Part shown: in pieces, positions 39,982 to 50,600 of the stretch
How positions within the stretch are numbered: the stretch's first letter is position 1
Layout of the letters: each line of letters begins with the position of its first letter
Assembly (NCBI GenBank): GCA_963711565.1
Contig: CAVQEQ010000004.1
Coordinates: forward strand, 32,001 to 96,000
Reading direction: 5' to 3'
Length of the DNA stretch: 64,000 nucleotides
Source: an uncultured delta proteobacterium
GTDB lineage: Bacteria > Desulfobacterota > Binatia > Binatales > Binataceae
The notes under the pieces: generated by a model
Told to the model about the DNA's origin: nothing
The model's input: the letters and a program-made list of their open reading frames with translations, nothing else
Database searches by the model: none
Translations under genes and position numbers: made by a program

Positions 39982-41796
39982 GTGTCAGCGCCGGTGAGTC
40001 GGACTACCGCCAAAGTTTCCAGCCTTGTCGAACTCCTTCGTTGGCGCGCCTTCCAGCAGCCAGAGCAACGGATCTACAGTTATCTGACCGACGGCGAAAC
40101 CGAAGGACCGCATCTCACCTATGAGGCGTTGGACCTGCAGGCTCGCGCTATTGGTGCGCTGCTCCAGAGCTACCACGCAAGCGGGGAGCGGGCGCTGTTG
40201 CTTTATCCGGCCGGGCTCGAGTTCATCTCCGCTTTTTTCGGATGTCTATATGCCGGGGTTATTGCAGTCCCTCTACCACCCCCGAATATGGCCCAGCCGC
40301 AGCGAACTCTGCCGCGGTTTCGCAACATCGTAAACGATGCTCAGCCGACTCTCGTACTGACTACATCATCGATCCTGGCCAAGGTTGAGAGCCTGTTCAC
40401 GCAAGCGCCGGGACTGCGGAAGCTGCGGTGGCTGGCCACCGACAGGCCCATCGACGGCGCGGAAGAGGAATGGCGTGACCCGGCAGCAACCGTTAAAACG
40501 CTGGCTTTGCTCCAATACACATCGGGTTCGACCGCTAATCCCAAGGGCGTAGTGGTTACTCACGAGAACCTGCTCGAAAACTCCGCCCACATCAGCCGGG
40601 CATTCGAGATCGCATCGGACGCCGTCTCGGTCATGTGGTTGCCGGTCTTCCATGACATGGGACTCACCAATGGAATTATCCAACCTCTATATGGAGGGCG
40701 TCAGTGCGTTCTCATGCCCCCGCAATCTTTTCTTCAGCGGCCGGCGCGATGGCTCCAGGCCATCTCCAAGTACGAAGCCACTATTAGTGGCGGCCCCAAT
40801 TTCTCCTATGAAATGTGCTCTCGCAAGGTTACCCCGGAGCAGCGCGAAGGTCTTGACCTCAGCAGTTGGAAGTTGGCCTACAATGGCGCCGAGCCGGTCC
40901 GCGCGGACACCCTGAAGCGATTTGCTGAGACCTTTGCCTCCTGTGGTTTCCGCGCAAGCTCTTTCTATCCCTGCTATGGACTCGCCGAAGCCACTCTCCT
41001 TGTTTCAGGTGGACTCGTAAAAGATGAGCCCATCCTGCGCACGATGCAGGTGTCGGAGCTCGAACACAACCACAACGGCATCGCGGAGACCTCCGATCGG
41101 CGCGTGAACGTCCGCACTCTGGTGGGATGCGGTCATGCAGTGGCGGACACACGAGTCGTTATTGTTAATCCTGAGTCGTTGACAGCTTGTGCCCCCGATG
41201 AGGTTGGCGAAATCTGGGTGTCTGCTCCGAGCGTCGCCGACGGCTACTGGAATCGGCCTGAGGAAACCGGGCTCACCTTCCACGCCTACCTCGCAGATAC
41301 CAGGGAGGGACCGTTTCTCCGCACTGGAGATTTGGGATTCCTCGGAGATGGGGAGTTGTTTGTCACCGGACGCTTGAAGGATCTGATTATCATCGGCGGC
41401 CGAAACCTCTATCCGCAGGAAATCGAACTGACTGTCCAGCAGAGCCATCCTGCCGTGCGGCCGGCTTGTTGCGCCGCGTTCTCGGTCGAGGTCGCCGATG
41501 AAGAACGTCTGATCGTCGCAGCCGAAGTGGAACCTCGCTACGCATCGAAACGGCATTCGGCCAACGGTAACGGCAACGGCAACGGCAATTTGCATCCGCA
41601 TACCAACGGACATCTGCCGCTCGATGTCGATGCGATGGTGCGCGCAATTCGACGAGCGGTTGCCGAAGAGCATGACGTGAGAGTGCACGCCGTTCTGTTG
41701 CTGCGAGCGGGCACCCTCCCTATGACTTCGAGCGGCAAGCTTCAGCGCGGTGCATGTCAGGCCGGCTTTCTGGACGGGACGCTCGCCAGCCTATGA
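39982..41796 (+). CDS. Fatty acyl-AMP ligase (FAAL)
   Basis: LQYTSGSTANPKG, WLPVFHDMGL, CYGLAEATL, LRTGDLG, TSSGK; start uncertain (frame open from 39793). Confidence 0.92.
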   Translation: MSAPVSRTTAKVSSLVELLRWRAFQQPEQRIYSYLTDGETEGPHLTYEALDLQARAIGALLQSYHASGERALLLYPAGLEFISAFFGCLYAGVIAVPLPPPNMAQPQRTLPRFRNIVNDAQPTLVLTTSSILAKVESLFTQAPGLRKLRWLATDRPIDGAEEEWRDPAATVKTLALLQYTSGSTANPKGVVVTHENLLENSAHISRAFEIASDAVSVMWLPVFHDMGLTNGIIQPLYGGRQCVLMPPQSFLQRPARWLQAISKYEATISGGPNFSYEMCSRKVTPEQREGLDLSSWKLAYNGAEPVRADTLKRFAETFASCGFRASSFYPCYGLAEATLLVSGGLVKDEPILRTMQVSELEHNHNGIAETSDRRVNVRTLVGCGHAVADTRVVIVNPESLTACAPDEVGEIWVSAPSVADGYWNRPEETGLTFHAYLADTREGPFLRTGDLGFLGDGELFVTGRLKDLIIIGGRNLYPQEIELTVQQSHPAVRPACCAAFSVEVADEERLIVAAEVEPRYASKRHSANGNGNGNGNLHPHTNGHLPLDVDAMVRAIRRAVAEEHDVRVHAVLLLRAGTLPMTSSGKLQRGACQAGFLDGTLASL

Positions 41797-41806
41797 GGTA
41801 CCAGCG

Positions 41807-44800
41807 ATGGCGGGAAATCTCATCAGTGGCGATTTAGCAAAGCCGTCAGTGGCAGCTGGAAATTCTCAACTGGAAACTTACAGCGCAGAGGCCATCGAAA
41901 AATGGCTGGTCGAGAAGCTCTCGAACCTGCTCGGCGTCCCTCCGCGAGAGATAGATATCCGCGAACCATTCGCCAGCTATGGAATGGGTTCGACCGAGGC
42001 GGTCAGCCTTTCAGGAGAACTCGCAGACTGGCTTGGACGAAAAGTACCCGCCGACTTGGCCTACGAATTTCCAACTATCGAAACTCTCGCCCGTCATCTG
42101 AGCGGATCAACCGGCGAATCCTCCCTTGAATCCGACGCGCGAAGCGAGGTGGAATCCGAGCCGATCGCGATCATTGGCATCGGCTGTCGCTTTCCCGGCA
42201 GCAGCGGTCCCGACGAATTCTGGAATTCCATCCACGGCGGACGCGACGAAATCACCGAAGTCCCAGCCGACCGCTTCAAGCTCGACGAGGTTTACGATCC
42301 GGATCCAACCGTCCCCGGCAAGGTATGCACGCGATGGGGCGGCTTTGTCGATCAGGTCGATAAGTTCGATCCGCAGTTCTTCGGCATTTCGCCGCGCGAG
42401 GCGGCGCGGATGGATCCGCAGCAACGCCTCTTGCTCGAGGTGACCTGGGAAGCATTGGAAGATGCGGGACAAGCGCCCGAAAAACTTGCCGGCGGCAACA
42501 CCGGCGTCTTCGTCGGAATCTCGAACAACGATTACGGCCGGACCCAGTTCAGCGACTTCAGCCGCATCGACGCCTACGCAGGCACCGGCAACGCTCTCAG
42601 CATTGCCGCCAACCGTATATCATACCTGCTCGACTTTCGCGGACCCAGCATCGCGATCGACACCGCCTGTTCGTCGTCGCTGGTCGCGGTCCATCTCGCC
42701 TGCGCCAGTTTGCGCAGCGGCGAATCCAGCCTCGCGATAGCCGGCGGTGTCAATCTGATCCTCTCGCCCGCCATCACGATGAACTTCACCAAGGCCGGCG
42801 TAATGGCGCCTGACGGGCGCTGCAAGACCTTCGACGCCGGCGCCAACGGCTACGTCCGAAGCGAAGGCGCCGGAGTTGTCGTGCTGAAGCCTCTCAGCCG
42901 CGCACTCGCCGACGGCGATAGCATTTACGCCGTCATCCGCGGCAGCGCGGTGAATCAGGACGGCCGCAGCAACGGCCTGATGGCGCCGAATCCGCTCGCG
43001 CAGGAAGCCGTCCTGCGCGAAGCGTATCGCAGAGCGGGCGTCATCCCCGGCGACGTTCAATACGTCGAGGCGCATGGCACAGGCACTCTGCTGGGCGACC
43101 CGATCGAGGCGCGTGCGCTGGGCCGTGTGCTGGCCGACGGTCGCACTTCTGGCAATCTATGCGCGATCGGTTCGGTAAAAACGAATATCGGACATTGCGA
43201 AGCCGCGGCAGGTGTCGCGGGATTGATAAAAGTAGCGCTCGCGCTCAAGCACGCGGAGATCCCGGCGAACCTGCACTTCCAGGAGCCCAATCCTCATATA
43301 CCTTTCGACGAACTCCCGATTCGCGTGCAGACGAAGCCGGGTCCGTGGTCTGCCGAGGGCGGTCCAGCATTGGCTGGCGTCAGCTCGTTCGGTTTTGGCG
43401 GCACCAATGCTCACGTAGTTCTCCAGCAGGCGCCGGATTCGCACCTTGAGATTCGCGATACCGCCGGCCTTGAGTCGTGTTATCTTTTGCCTCTGTCAGC
43501 GCGCAGTCCTGATGCTCTCCAGGTCGTCGCGCGCACCTACCGGCAATTTCTGCCGGCGTCCAAAATCTCGCTGCACGACATTTGTTACAGCGCGAGCGTG
43601 CGTCGCGGTCATAACGACTATCGCTTGGCCGTGACCGGCAATTCATCGGATCAACTGATCGAAGGTCTGGCGGCTTTCCTGAAGGGAGAGACTCGTGCTG
43701 GTCTCTCATCGGGTCACAAAGCTCTCACCGGCGGCAGAAAGCTGGTTTTTGTTTTTTCCGGGCAAGGCTCCCAATGGTTCGGCATGGGAAGGACGCTTCT
43801 GCTCCACGAACCGGTCTTTCGCGAGGTCATCGAACGTTGCGCGCTGGCGCTTAGGCCGCACACCGACTGGTCGCTGATCGCTGAGCTCGCCGGTACCGAC
43901 GCGGACAAATCGCGGCTGAACGAAGTCGATGTAATCCAGCCCGCCCTGTTTGCGGTTCAGGTCGCGCTCGCGGCTCTCTGGCGTTCATGGGGTATCGAAC
44001 CCGATGCGGTCGTGGGCCACAGCATGGGCGAAGTCGCTGCCGCGTACGTGGCCGGCGCGCTCAGCCTCGAAGACGCGGCCCTCGTCATTTGCACTCGCAG
44101 CAAGTTGGTCAAACGCACCGTCGGACAAGGCGCGATGGCTTCCGTCGAGCTCTCAATCGAAGACGCCCGGCGCGCCATTGTCGGTTACGAAGATCGCGTT
44201 TCCATCGCGGTCAGCACCAGTCCCACATCGACAGTCCTGTCGGGCGATCCGAAGGCTCTCGCCGAAATACTCGAACAGCTAAAGGGCCGCGACGTCTTCT
44301 GCCGGATGGTGAAGGTGGACTTCGCCTCGCACAGTCCCCAGATGGATCCTCTGCGCGCCGAACTGTTGGATGCGCTTGAAGAGGTGCAGCCTCGCCTCGC
44401 AACCATCCCGATTTACTCGACGGTGCTGGACACCGTCGCCGACGGCTCCGAGTTCGACGCGCACTACTGGGCGCGCAATCTGAGAGATCCCGTGCTTTTT
44501 TCAGCGTCGATTCAGCGCCTGCTCGAAGACGGCTACGACACTTTCCTTGAGCTAAGCGCGCATCCGATCCTCCTCAGCGGAATCCAGCAAGGGATGCATC
44601 ACTCCGGGACGGAAGGCACAGTGCTCGCCTCCATACGGCGCGACGAAGACGAGCATACGGCAATGCTGCGGTCGCTCGGTCTCCTCTACAATTCCGGATA
44701 CGCGATCGACTGGAGCCGCATCTACCCCGAGCGCGGTGAAAGTGTCCGCCTGCCCGGTTACCCATGGCAGCGTCAACGCTGCTGGCTGGAGCCAGGCGCG

Positions 44801-47695
44801 GATCGCGGCCAGCCGATTCACTCGGCCACGAGAAACTCCCTGCTCGGCCAACATTTCAAATCAGCCGAGTCAGGCGGCGCCGAGTATTGGGAAATCCGCC
44901 TGGACAAGGAGTCGCTGCCCTTCCTCGACGACCACAAAATCGAAGGCGTCGCCGCCTTGCCCGCGTCGCTCTACGTCGAGATGGCATCCGCCGCCGCGCA
45001 GCAGGCGCTCGGTTCGCAATCGATCGCGCTGACAGATGTCGAATTTCACCGCGCGCTTTTTCTTCCCGATGGTGCCAGCACCACGATTCAAGTGATCGTT
45101 GCGACCGCCGCCGACGGATCAGCCTCGTTCCAAATCCATAGCTCTTCCGTGCAAGGCGGCCCGTGGACTTTGCACGCATCCGGCAAAGCCTCTTCTCAAC
45201 CTCTATCTTCTATCTTTGAAGAAGAGTCACCAGCCGAATTCCAGCTTCGAAGCTCTGAAAAAATCTCAGGCCTCGACTACTATCGCCAGCTAAGCGAAAA
45301 CGCGATCCAGTACGGCCCGTTTTTCCAAACCCTCACACAGTTATGGCTCGACGATAAGACCGTCCTCGGCGAACTGCGCATTCCCGACGGCGACTTCAAT
45401 GCCTACCAACTCCATCCCGCTATTCTCGACGGCTGCCTGCAAGTGTTGGGCGCGGCAGTAGCAACAGAAGCAAAGCGAATCGGCAAGCAAGGCATTTACA
45501 TACCAACCCGCATCGGTCGGCTCCGCGTCCTCAGCCGCCCCGGCGCACATCTATGGTGCCGCGCCCGCGTCCTCGGCGACGACGCCGGCAGTATCGTCGG
45601 AGAACTAAGACTCCTCGACGACGCCGGACAGCTGGTGATCGAGCTACTCGACGTACACTTCACCTCGCTCGGCGAAGGTCTCAAGGAAAACCTCGACGAC
45701 TGGCTCTACGAGCTCAAGTGGCAGCCCAAAGAACGCGTCTCTGAAAACCTGGCCGCATCGAGCCCGGGAACCTGGCTCATCTTTGCCGATAGCACTGGCG
45801 TCGGCGAGTCGTTGCGGCAAATCCTGCAAGCGCACGGAGAAGAGAGCGTCCTCGTCTCGCACGGCGATGCGTATGATCGCACCGACAGCACGCACGTTCG
45901 CATTCGTCCCGGCCAGCCCGAAGATATCCGCCGCCTGTTCGAGAGCGCGATGGATTCCGATCAACCCGCATGCCGTGGAATCGTCCATCTGTGGAGTCTC
46001 GATACCTCGTTTGCAAGTGATGCCACGATCGCCTCGATCGAAGCAGCCCAGACTCTCGGTTGCATCAACGCTTTGCAGGTTGTGCAGGAGATGGCGCGCA
46101 TCCAATGGCGTGAGCCGCCTCGCCTCTGGTTGGTCACTCGAGGAGCTCAAGACGCCGGCGATGATTCTATCCCGGTCGAAGTGGCTCAAGCGCCTATATG
46201 GGGATTGGGCCGAGTTATCGCTCAGGAGCATCCAGCATTTTGGGGAGGGTTGGTGGACCTGGACCCCAAGTCCTGTGCGGCCGATAGCGTAGCGCATCAG
46301 TTGTTCGACGAAATCTCTGCTCACGACGGTGAAAATCAGCTCGCATTCCGCAACGGGCAACGGCTCGTAGCGCGACTCGTTCGAAGGCGCGAATCCAGCG
46401 TTCGCGAAACTCCGATGCGATGGCGTACGGACGGCAGCTACCTGATCACCGGCGGTCTCGGAGACCTCGGCCTGAAGGTCGCGCGCTGGATGGTGTCGCA
46501 AGGTGCTCGCCGCCTGATCCTGCTGGGACGCACGCAGCTTCCGCCACGCTCGAGCTGGAGTTCGCTCGAGGCCGGCAGTCACCTGGCTCGACAAGTTGCC
46601 GCCATTCGGGAACTCGAAGAATCCGGCGCCAGTGTGCATCTGGTGTCCGCCAACGTCGCGGACGAAAAACAGATGAGCGCCTTCGTCGATCAGTTTCGCG
46701 CTGAAGGTTGGCCGCCGATTCGCGGAGTCGTGCATGCTGCCGGAGTGCTGCAGGACGGCCTGCTGCCACAACTCGACGCCGCCGCGATGAACAAAGTCCT
46801 GCGGCCGAAGATGGCCGGCGGATGGCTGCTTCATCGCCTGCTTGGCGAAGCTTCGTTGGATTTTTTCGTCGTCTTCTCTTCGGCCGGTTCGCTGATTGGC
46901 CAGCCCGGACAGGGCAACTACGCTGCCGCAAACAGTTTCCTCGACGCTCTCGCGCATCACCGAAAGGCCCAAGGCTTTCACGCCTTGAGCATCAATTGGG
47001 GCGCATGGGCCGAGTTGGGATTCGCGGAGACCGAAGGCGGCAAGAGCCTGACCCGGCACCTCGCACTGCTCGGAATCAGGAGCATGCCGCCGCCGCGCGC
47101 GCTCGAAGTGATGGAGCGGCTGTTCCGCGAAGATGCGACCCAGGTCGTCGCGATTCCGGTGGACTGGAGTAAGTATCACGAGTTCTATCCGTCCGGCACT
47201 GAGCCGGCACTGCTCTCTGATCTTGCCAATGAAGAGGCCGCGGGGCCATCGCAGGGGGCGGATTCGGGAGAAAAACGCAGCGCGATACTCGATGCGGCTC
47301 CTGCAGACCGTCCCCAACTATTGCAGTCCTATGTGACCGAGCAGGTAGCTCGTGTGCTCGGCCTTTCGCCGTCGCAACTGGACATACAGCAACCGCTGAC
47401 CAACTTGGGGCTGGATTCGCTGATGGCGGTCGAGCTGAAGAATCGCATCTCGGCGGATTTGGGTGTCAACGTGCCGATGGTGAAATTTCTCCAGGGCTTC
47501 AGCGTCGCGCAAGCGGCGACGCAGCTGCTCGAGCAACTGACGGCGGATGCCGACGGCTCAACAGAACCTCGTCCTATGGCCCGTGCGCGAGAAAACGAAA
47601 GCGACGAAGATTTGCTAGCCAACATCGACAAGCTTTCGGAAGAGCAAGTCAATTCGATGCTTGCCGAGATGCTGACCAAAGACGCGGTTACCTAG
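41807..47695 (+). CDS. Type I PKS: ACP-KS-AT-DH-KR-ACP
   Basis: GMGS ACP, DTACSSS/HGTGT/NIGH KS, GHSMG+FASH AT, HKIEGVAALP DH, TGGLGDLG/YAAAN KR, GLDSL ACP. Confidence 0.95.
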   Translation: MAGNLISGDLAKPSVAAGNSQLETYSAEAIEKWLVEKLSNLLGVPPREIDIREPFASYGMGSTEAVSLSGELADWLGRKVPADLAYEFPTIETLARHLSGSTGESSLESDARSEVESEPIAIIGIGCRFPGSSGPDEFWNSIHGGRDEITEVPADRFKLDEVYDPDPTVPGKVCTRWGGFVDQVDKFDPQFFGISPREAARMDPQQRLLLEVTWEALEDAGQAPEKLAGGNTGVFVGISNNDYGRTQFSDFSRIDAYAGTGNALSIAANRISYLLDFRGPSIAIDTACSSSLVAVHLACASLRSGESSLAIAGGVNLILSPAITMNFTKAGVMAPDGRCKTFDAGANGYVRSEGAGVVVLKPLSRALADGDSIYAVIRGSAVNQDGRSNGLMAPNPLAQEAVLREAYRRAGVIPGDVQYVEAHGTGTLLGDPIEARALGRVLADGRTSGNLCAIGSVKTNIGHCEAAAGVAGLIKVALALKHAEIPANLHFQEPNPHIPFDELPIRVQTKPGPWSAEGGPALAGVSSFGFGGTNAHVVLQQAPDSHLEIRDTAGLESCYLLPLSARSPDALQVVARTYRQFLPASKISLHDICYSASVRRGHNDYRLAVTGNSSDQLIEGLAAFLKGETRAGLSSGHKALTGGRKLVFVFSGQGSQWFGMGRTLLLHEPVFREVIERCALALRPHTDWSLIAELAGTDADKSRLNEVDVIQPALFAVQVALAALWRSWGIEPDAVVGHSMGEVAAAYVAGALSLEDAALVICTRSKLVKRTVGQGAMASVELSIEDARRAIVGYEDRVSIAVSTSPTSTVLSGDPKALAEILEQLKGRDVFCRMVKVDFASHSPQMDPLRAELLDALEEVQPRLATIPIYSTVLDTVADGSEFDAHYWARNLRDPVLFSASIQRLLEDGYDTFLELSAHPILLSGIQQGMHHSGTEGTVLASIRRDEDEHTAMLRSLGLLYNSGYAIDWSRIYPERGESVRLPGYPWQRQRCWLEPGADRGQPIHSATRNSLLGQHFKSAESGGAEYWEIRLDKESLPFLDDHKIEGVAALPASLYVEMASAAAQQALGSQSIALTDVEFHRALFLPDGASTTIQVIVATAADGSASFQIHSSSVQGGPWTLHASGKASSQPLSSIFEEESPAEFQLRSSEKISGLDYYRQLSENAIQYGPFFQTLTQLWLDDKTVLGELRIPDGDFNAYQLHPAILDGCLQVLGAAVATEAKRIGKQGIYIPTRIGRLRVLSRPGAHLWCRARVLGDDAGSIVGELRLLDDAGQLVIELLDVHFTSLGEGLKENLDDWLYELKWQPKERVSENLAASSPGTWLIFADSTGVGESLRQILQAHGEESVLVSHGDAYDRTDSTHVRIRPGQPEDIRRLFESAMDSDQPACRGIVHLWSLDTSFASDATIASIEAAQTLGCINALQVVQEMARIQWREPPRLWLVTRGAQDAGDDSIPVEVAQAPIWGLGRVIAQEHPAFWGGLVDLDPKSCAADSVAHQLFDEISAHDGENQLAFRNGQRLVARLVRRRESSVRETPMRWRTDGSYLITGGLGDLGLKVARWMVSQGARRLILLGRTQLPPRSSWSSLEAGSHLARQVAAIRELEESGASVHLVSANVADEKQMSAFVDQFRAEGWPPIRGVVHAAGVLQDGLLPQLDAAAMNKVLRPKMAGGWLLHRLLGEASLDFFVVFSSAGSLIGQPGQGNYAAANSFLDALAHHRKAQGFHALSINWGAWAELGFAETEGGKSLTRHLALLGIRSMPPPRALEVMERLFREDATQVVAIPVDWSKYHEFYPSGTEPALLSDLANEEAAGPSQGADSGEKRSAILDAAPADRPQLLQSYVTEQVARVLGLSPSQLDIQQPLTNLGLDSLMAVELKNRISADLGVNVPMVKFLQGFSVAQAATQLLEQLTADADGSTEPRPMARARENESDEDLLANIDKLSEEQVNSMLAEMLTKDAVT

Positions 47696-50600
47696 TGTCT
47701 GATGTATCCAATCGAATCGCCGACCTGTCGTCCGCGGAAAAACGTGCTCTGCTCGCCAAGCTCCTTAGGGAGAAAGCGCGCGCGGCCGAATCGTTCTATC
47801 CTCTGTCCTACAATCAGCAGGGGATCTGGTTTCTCTCTCAGCTCGCGCCTGAGAGCATGGTCTACAACGTCAGCTTCGCCGCGCGAATCGCCTCCGAGCT
47901 GGACGTCCCGGCCCTGCACCGATCGTTTCAGGCGCTCGTCGATCGCCATCCCTGTCTGAGAACCACCATTGATGTGCACTCCGGGAAGCCGGCGCAGCGG
48001 ATACATCACGATGCGAAGGTCCACTTCGAAGAAGTGGACGCGTCAGCCTGGTCGCGCGACGAAGTGGAATCCAGGCTCACCGACGAGGCACATCGTCCCT
48101 TCGATCTCGAGCAGGGTCCGCTGCTGCGTGTGAGTGTCTTCCAGCGCTCCGCGCAAGAGCATTACCTGTTACTGGTAGTGCATCACATCGTGATCGACTT
48201 CTGGTCGCTCGCGATACTTCTCAATGAGCTCGGCACATTGTACCCTGCCGAAGCAGCCAGGCGGGCAACGTTACCGCCGCTCAAGCTGCAATACAGCGAC
48301 TACGTCCGCTGGCAATCCGAAGTGCTGGCGGGCGCGGAAGGTGAGCGCCTGTGGGCCTACTGGCAGAAGCAGCTAGCCGGGCAGTTGCCGGTTTTGGCGC
48401 TGCCGACCGATCGTCCGCGACTGCCGATACAAACCCATCGCGGCGGATCGCATGATTTCGTCCTGAACGATGAATTGAGCGGACGGCTGAAACTGCTCGC
48501 CAGAGCTCAAGGTGCGACGCTCTATGTGGTCATGCTCGCGGCGTTCCAGGCGATGCTTCATTACCTGTCGGGTCAGGACGACCTCGTAGTCGGCTCGCCG
48601 GTAGTAGGCAGGAGTCGCGCCGAGTTTGAAGAGATCGTCGGGCTTTTCACCAATCCGGTTTTCTTGCGAGTGAATCTTGCCGGGAATCCGACTTTCCAGG
48701 AGTTCGTAAACCATGTGCGCGAGACCGTGCTGGCCGCGCTCGAGCATCAGGACTTTCCCACGTTGCTGTTGGTCGAACGACTGAAGCCTGCTCGCGACCT
48801 AAGCCGCCCGCCGATTTGCCAGACCATGTTTGTGCTGGACAAGCCGCATGGGCTGGCGGAGGACGGCGCGCCCACATTCGTCCACGGGGAAGCAGGTCCC
48901 ACCATGAACTCCGGCGGCCTGGTACTCGAGTCATTCCCGCTCGAACATCGGTCCGCATCGCTGGACCTGGTGTTGTTGGTAGTCGAATCGACGCAGTCGC
49001 TCTCGATTTCCGTAAGATACAACGCCGAACTGTTCGATCACTCTACCGTCATCCGGTTTGGAAAATACTTTGAAACTCTTCTCGAGCATGTCGTCATGCA
49101 ACCGGATGTGCGGCTAAGCGGCATCGCAGAGCTACTCGCCGCCACGGACCGGGAAGATCGGCGGCTGATGGACTTCAACCAGACCGCGTCTCCTTATCCT
49201 GATGACGTTTGTATCCACCGCCTGTTCGAAGATCAGGTGAACCGCAGGCCCGAGGGGATTGCGCTCACCTTCGAACATCAGCATCTGACCTACGCGCAGC
49301 TCAACGCTCGCGCAAATCAACTCGCACACTATCTGCGCGCGCGGGGAGTGAGACCGGAAGTACCGGTGGCGATTTGTATGGAGCGATGCTTCGAGATGGT
49401 CGTCGCGATCCTTGGCATTCTCAAAGCCGGCGGCGCTTACCTGCCGATAGATCCCGCCTACCCAAAGGAGCGGCTGGCGTTCGTCCTTGAAAATGCCCGA
49501 GCGCGAGTGCTGTTGACGATGGAACCGCTGCGCGAGCGCATGCCCGAGCAAGGAGTCCGTCTGATATGTCTCGACTCCGATTGGGAATCCATCGGAACCG
49601 AGAGTTGCGAAAATCCGCCGAGCTTCGCCACCGCCGGCAACCTGGCCAACGTCATTTACACCTCCGGCTCGACCGGGCGGCCTAAAGGTGTGATGGTCGA
49701 GCATCGCGGTCTTAGCAATACCATTCAGTGGCTGTCGCAAACGCTGGCAATCACCGCGGACGACAGCACTCTACTTAAGACGCCGATCACCTTCGACGCG
49801 GCGGGGCGCGAAATCTTTCCGACACTGTTGGCGGGCGCGCGCCTGATAATTGCGGAGCCAAATGCCCACCGTGATTGCCGCTACATCGCAGAAAAGATTC
49901 GCGACAACGGCGTCACTATTCTTCACTGCGTCCCATCGTTTCTGCGCCTTCTGGTTATAGAGCCTGCTTTCGCGGACGCCGTCGCATTGCGCGCGGTGAT
50001 GTGCGGCGGCGAAGCACTGACGCCCGATATAGTCGCGGAGTTCGGCCGGCACTCCGGGGCCAAGCTCTACAATGTCTACGGGCCAACAGAGACCATTATC
50101 GATTCAGCATATTGGCTATGCGACGGCAGCAATGGCGATTCGACAGTTCCGATAGGACGTCCCATACCTAACGCGAGCATCCATATTCTGGATGCTAATC
50201 TTCGTCCAGTGCCGACCGGAGTCGCCGGAGAGCTATACATAGGTGGAGTGAGTCTGGCGCGCGGCTATCTGAACCTTCCAGCTCTGACCGCCGAGAAGTT
50301 CATCCCAGATCCTTTCAGCAGTGAGGCCGGTAATCGGCTGTACAAGACCGGCGATCTCGCGCGCTATCAGCAGGATGGGAATATTCAATATCTCGGTCGC
50401 GCAGACTACCAGGTCAAGATCCGCGGTTTCAGGATTGAATTAGGAGAAGTCGAAACGGCCTTGGCCCTGCATCCGTCGGTAAGTCAGACAATTGTCATAG
50501 TGCATGAAGGTGCGCTGGGGGAAAGGCGATTGGTCGCGTACGTGGTCGCGCAGCCGCGATGCGCTCCCGCGGCTATCGAACTTCGCAATTTCCTCAAGGA

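Noticed and set aside
41562-41610. AACGGN repeat encoding NGNGNG in FAAL
   Set aside because: In-frame 6-bp low-complexity insert; cannot cause phase variation by frameshift.
45644-47317. Long antisense ORFs (also 23830-24843 and 28808-29668)
   Set aside because: Shadows of well-supported GC-rich genes on the opposite strand.
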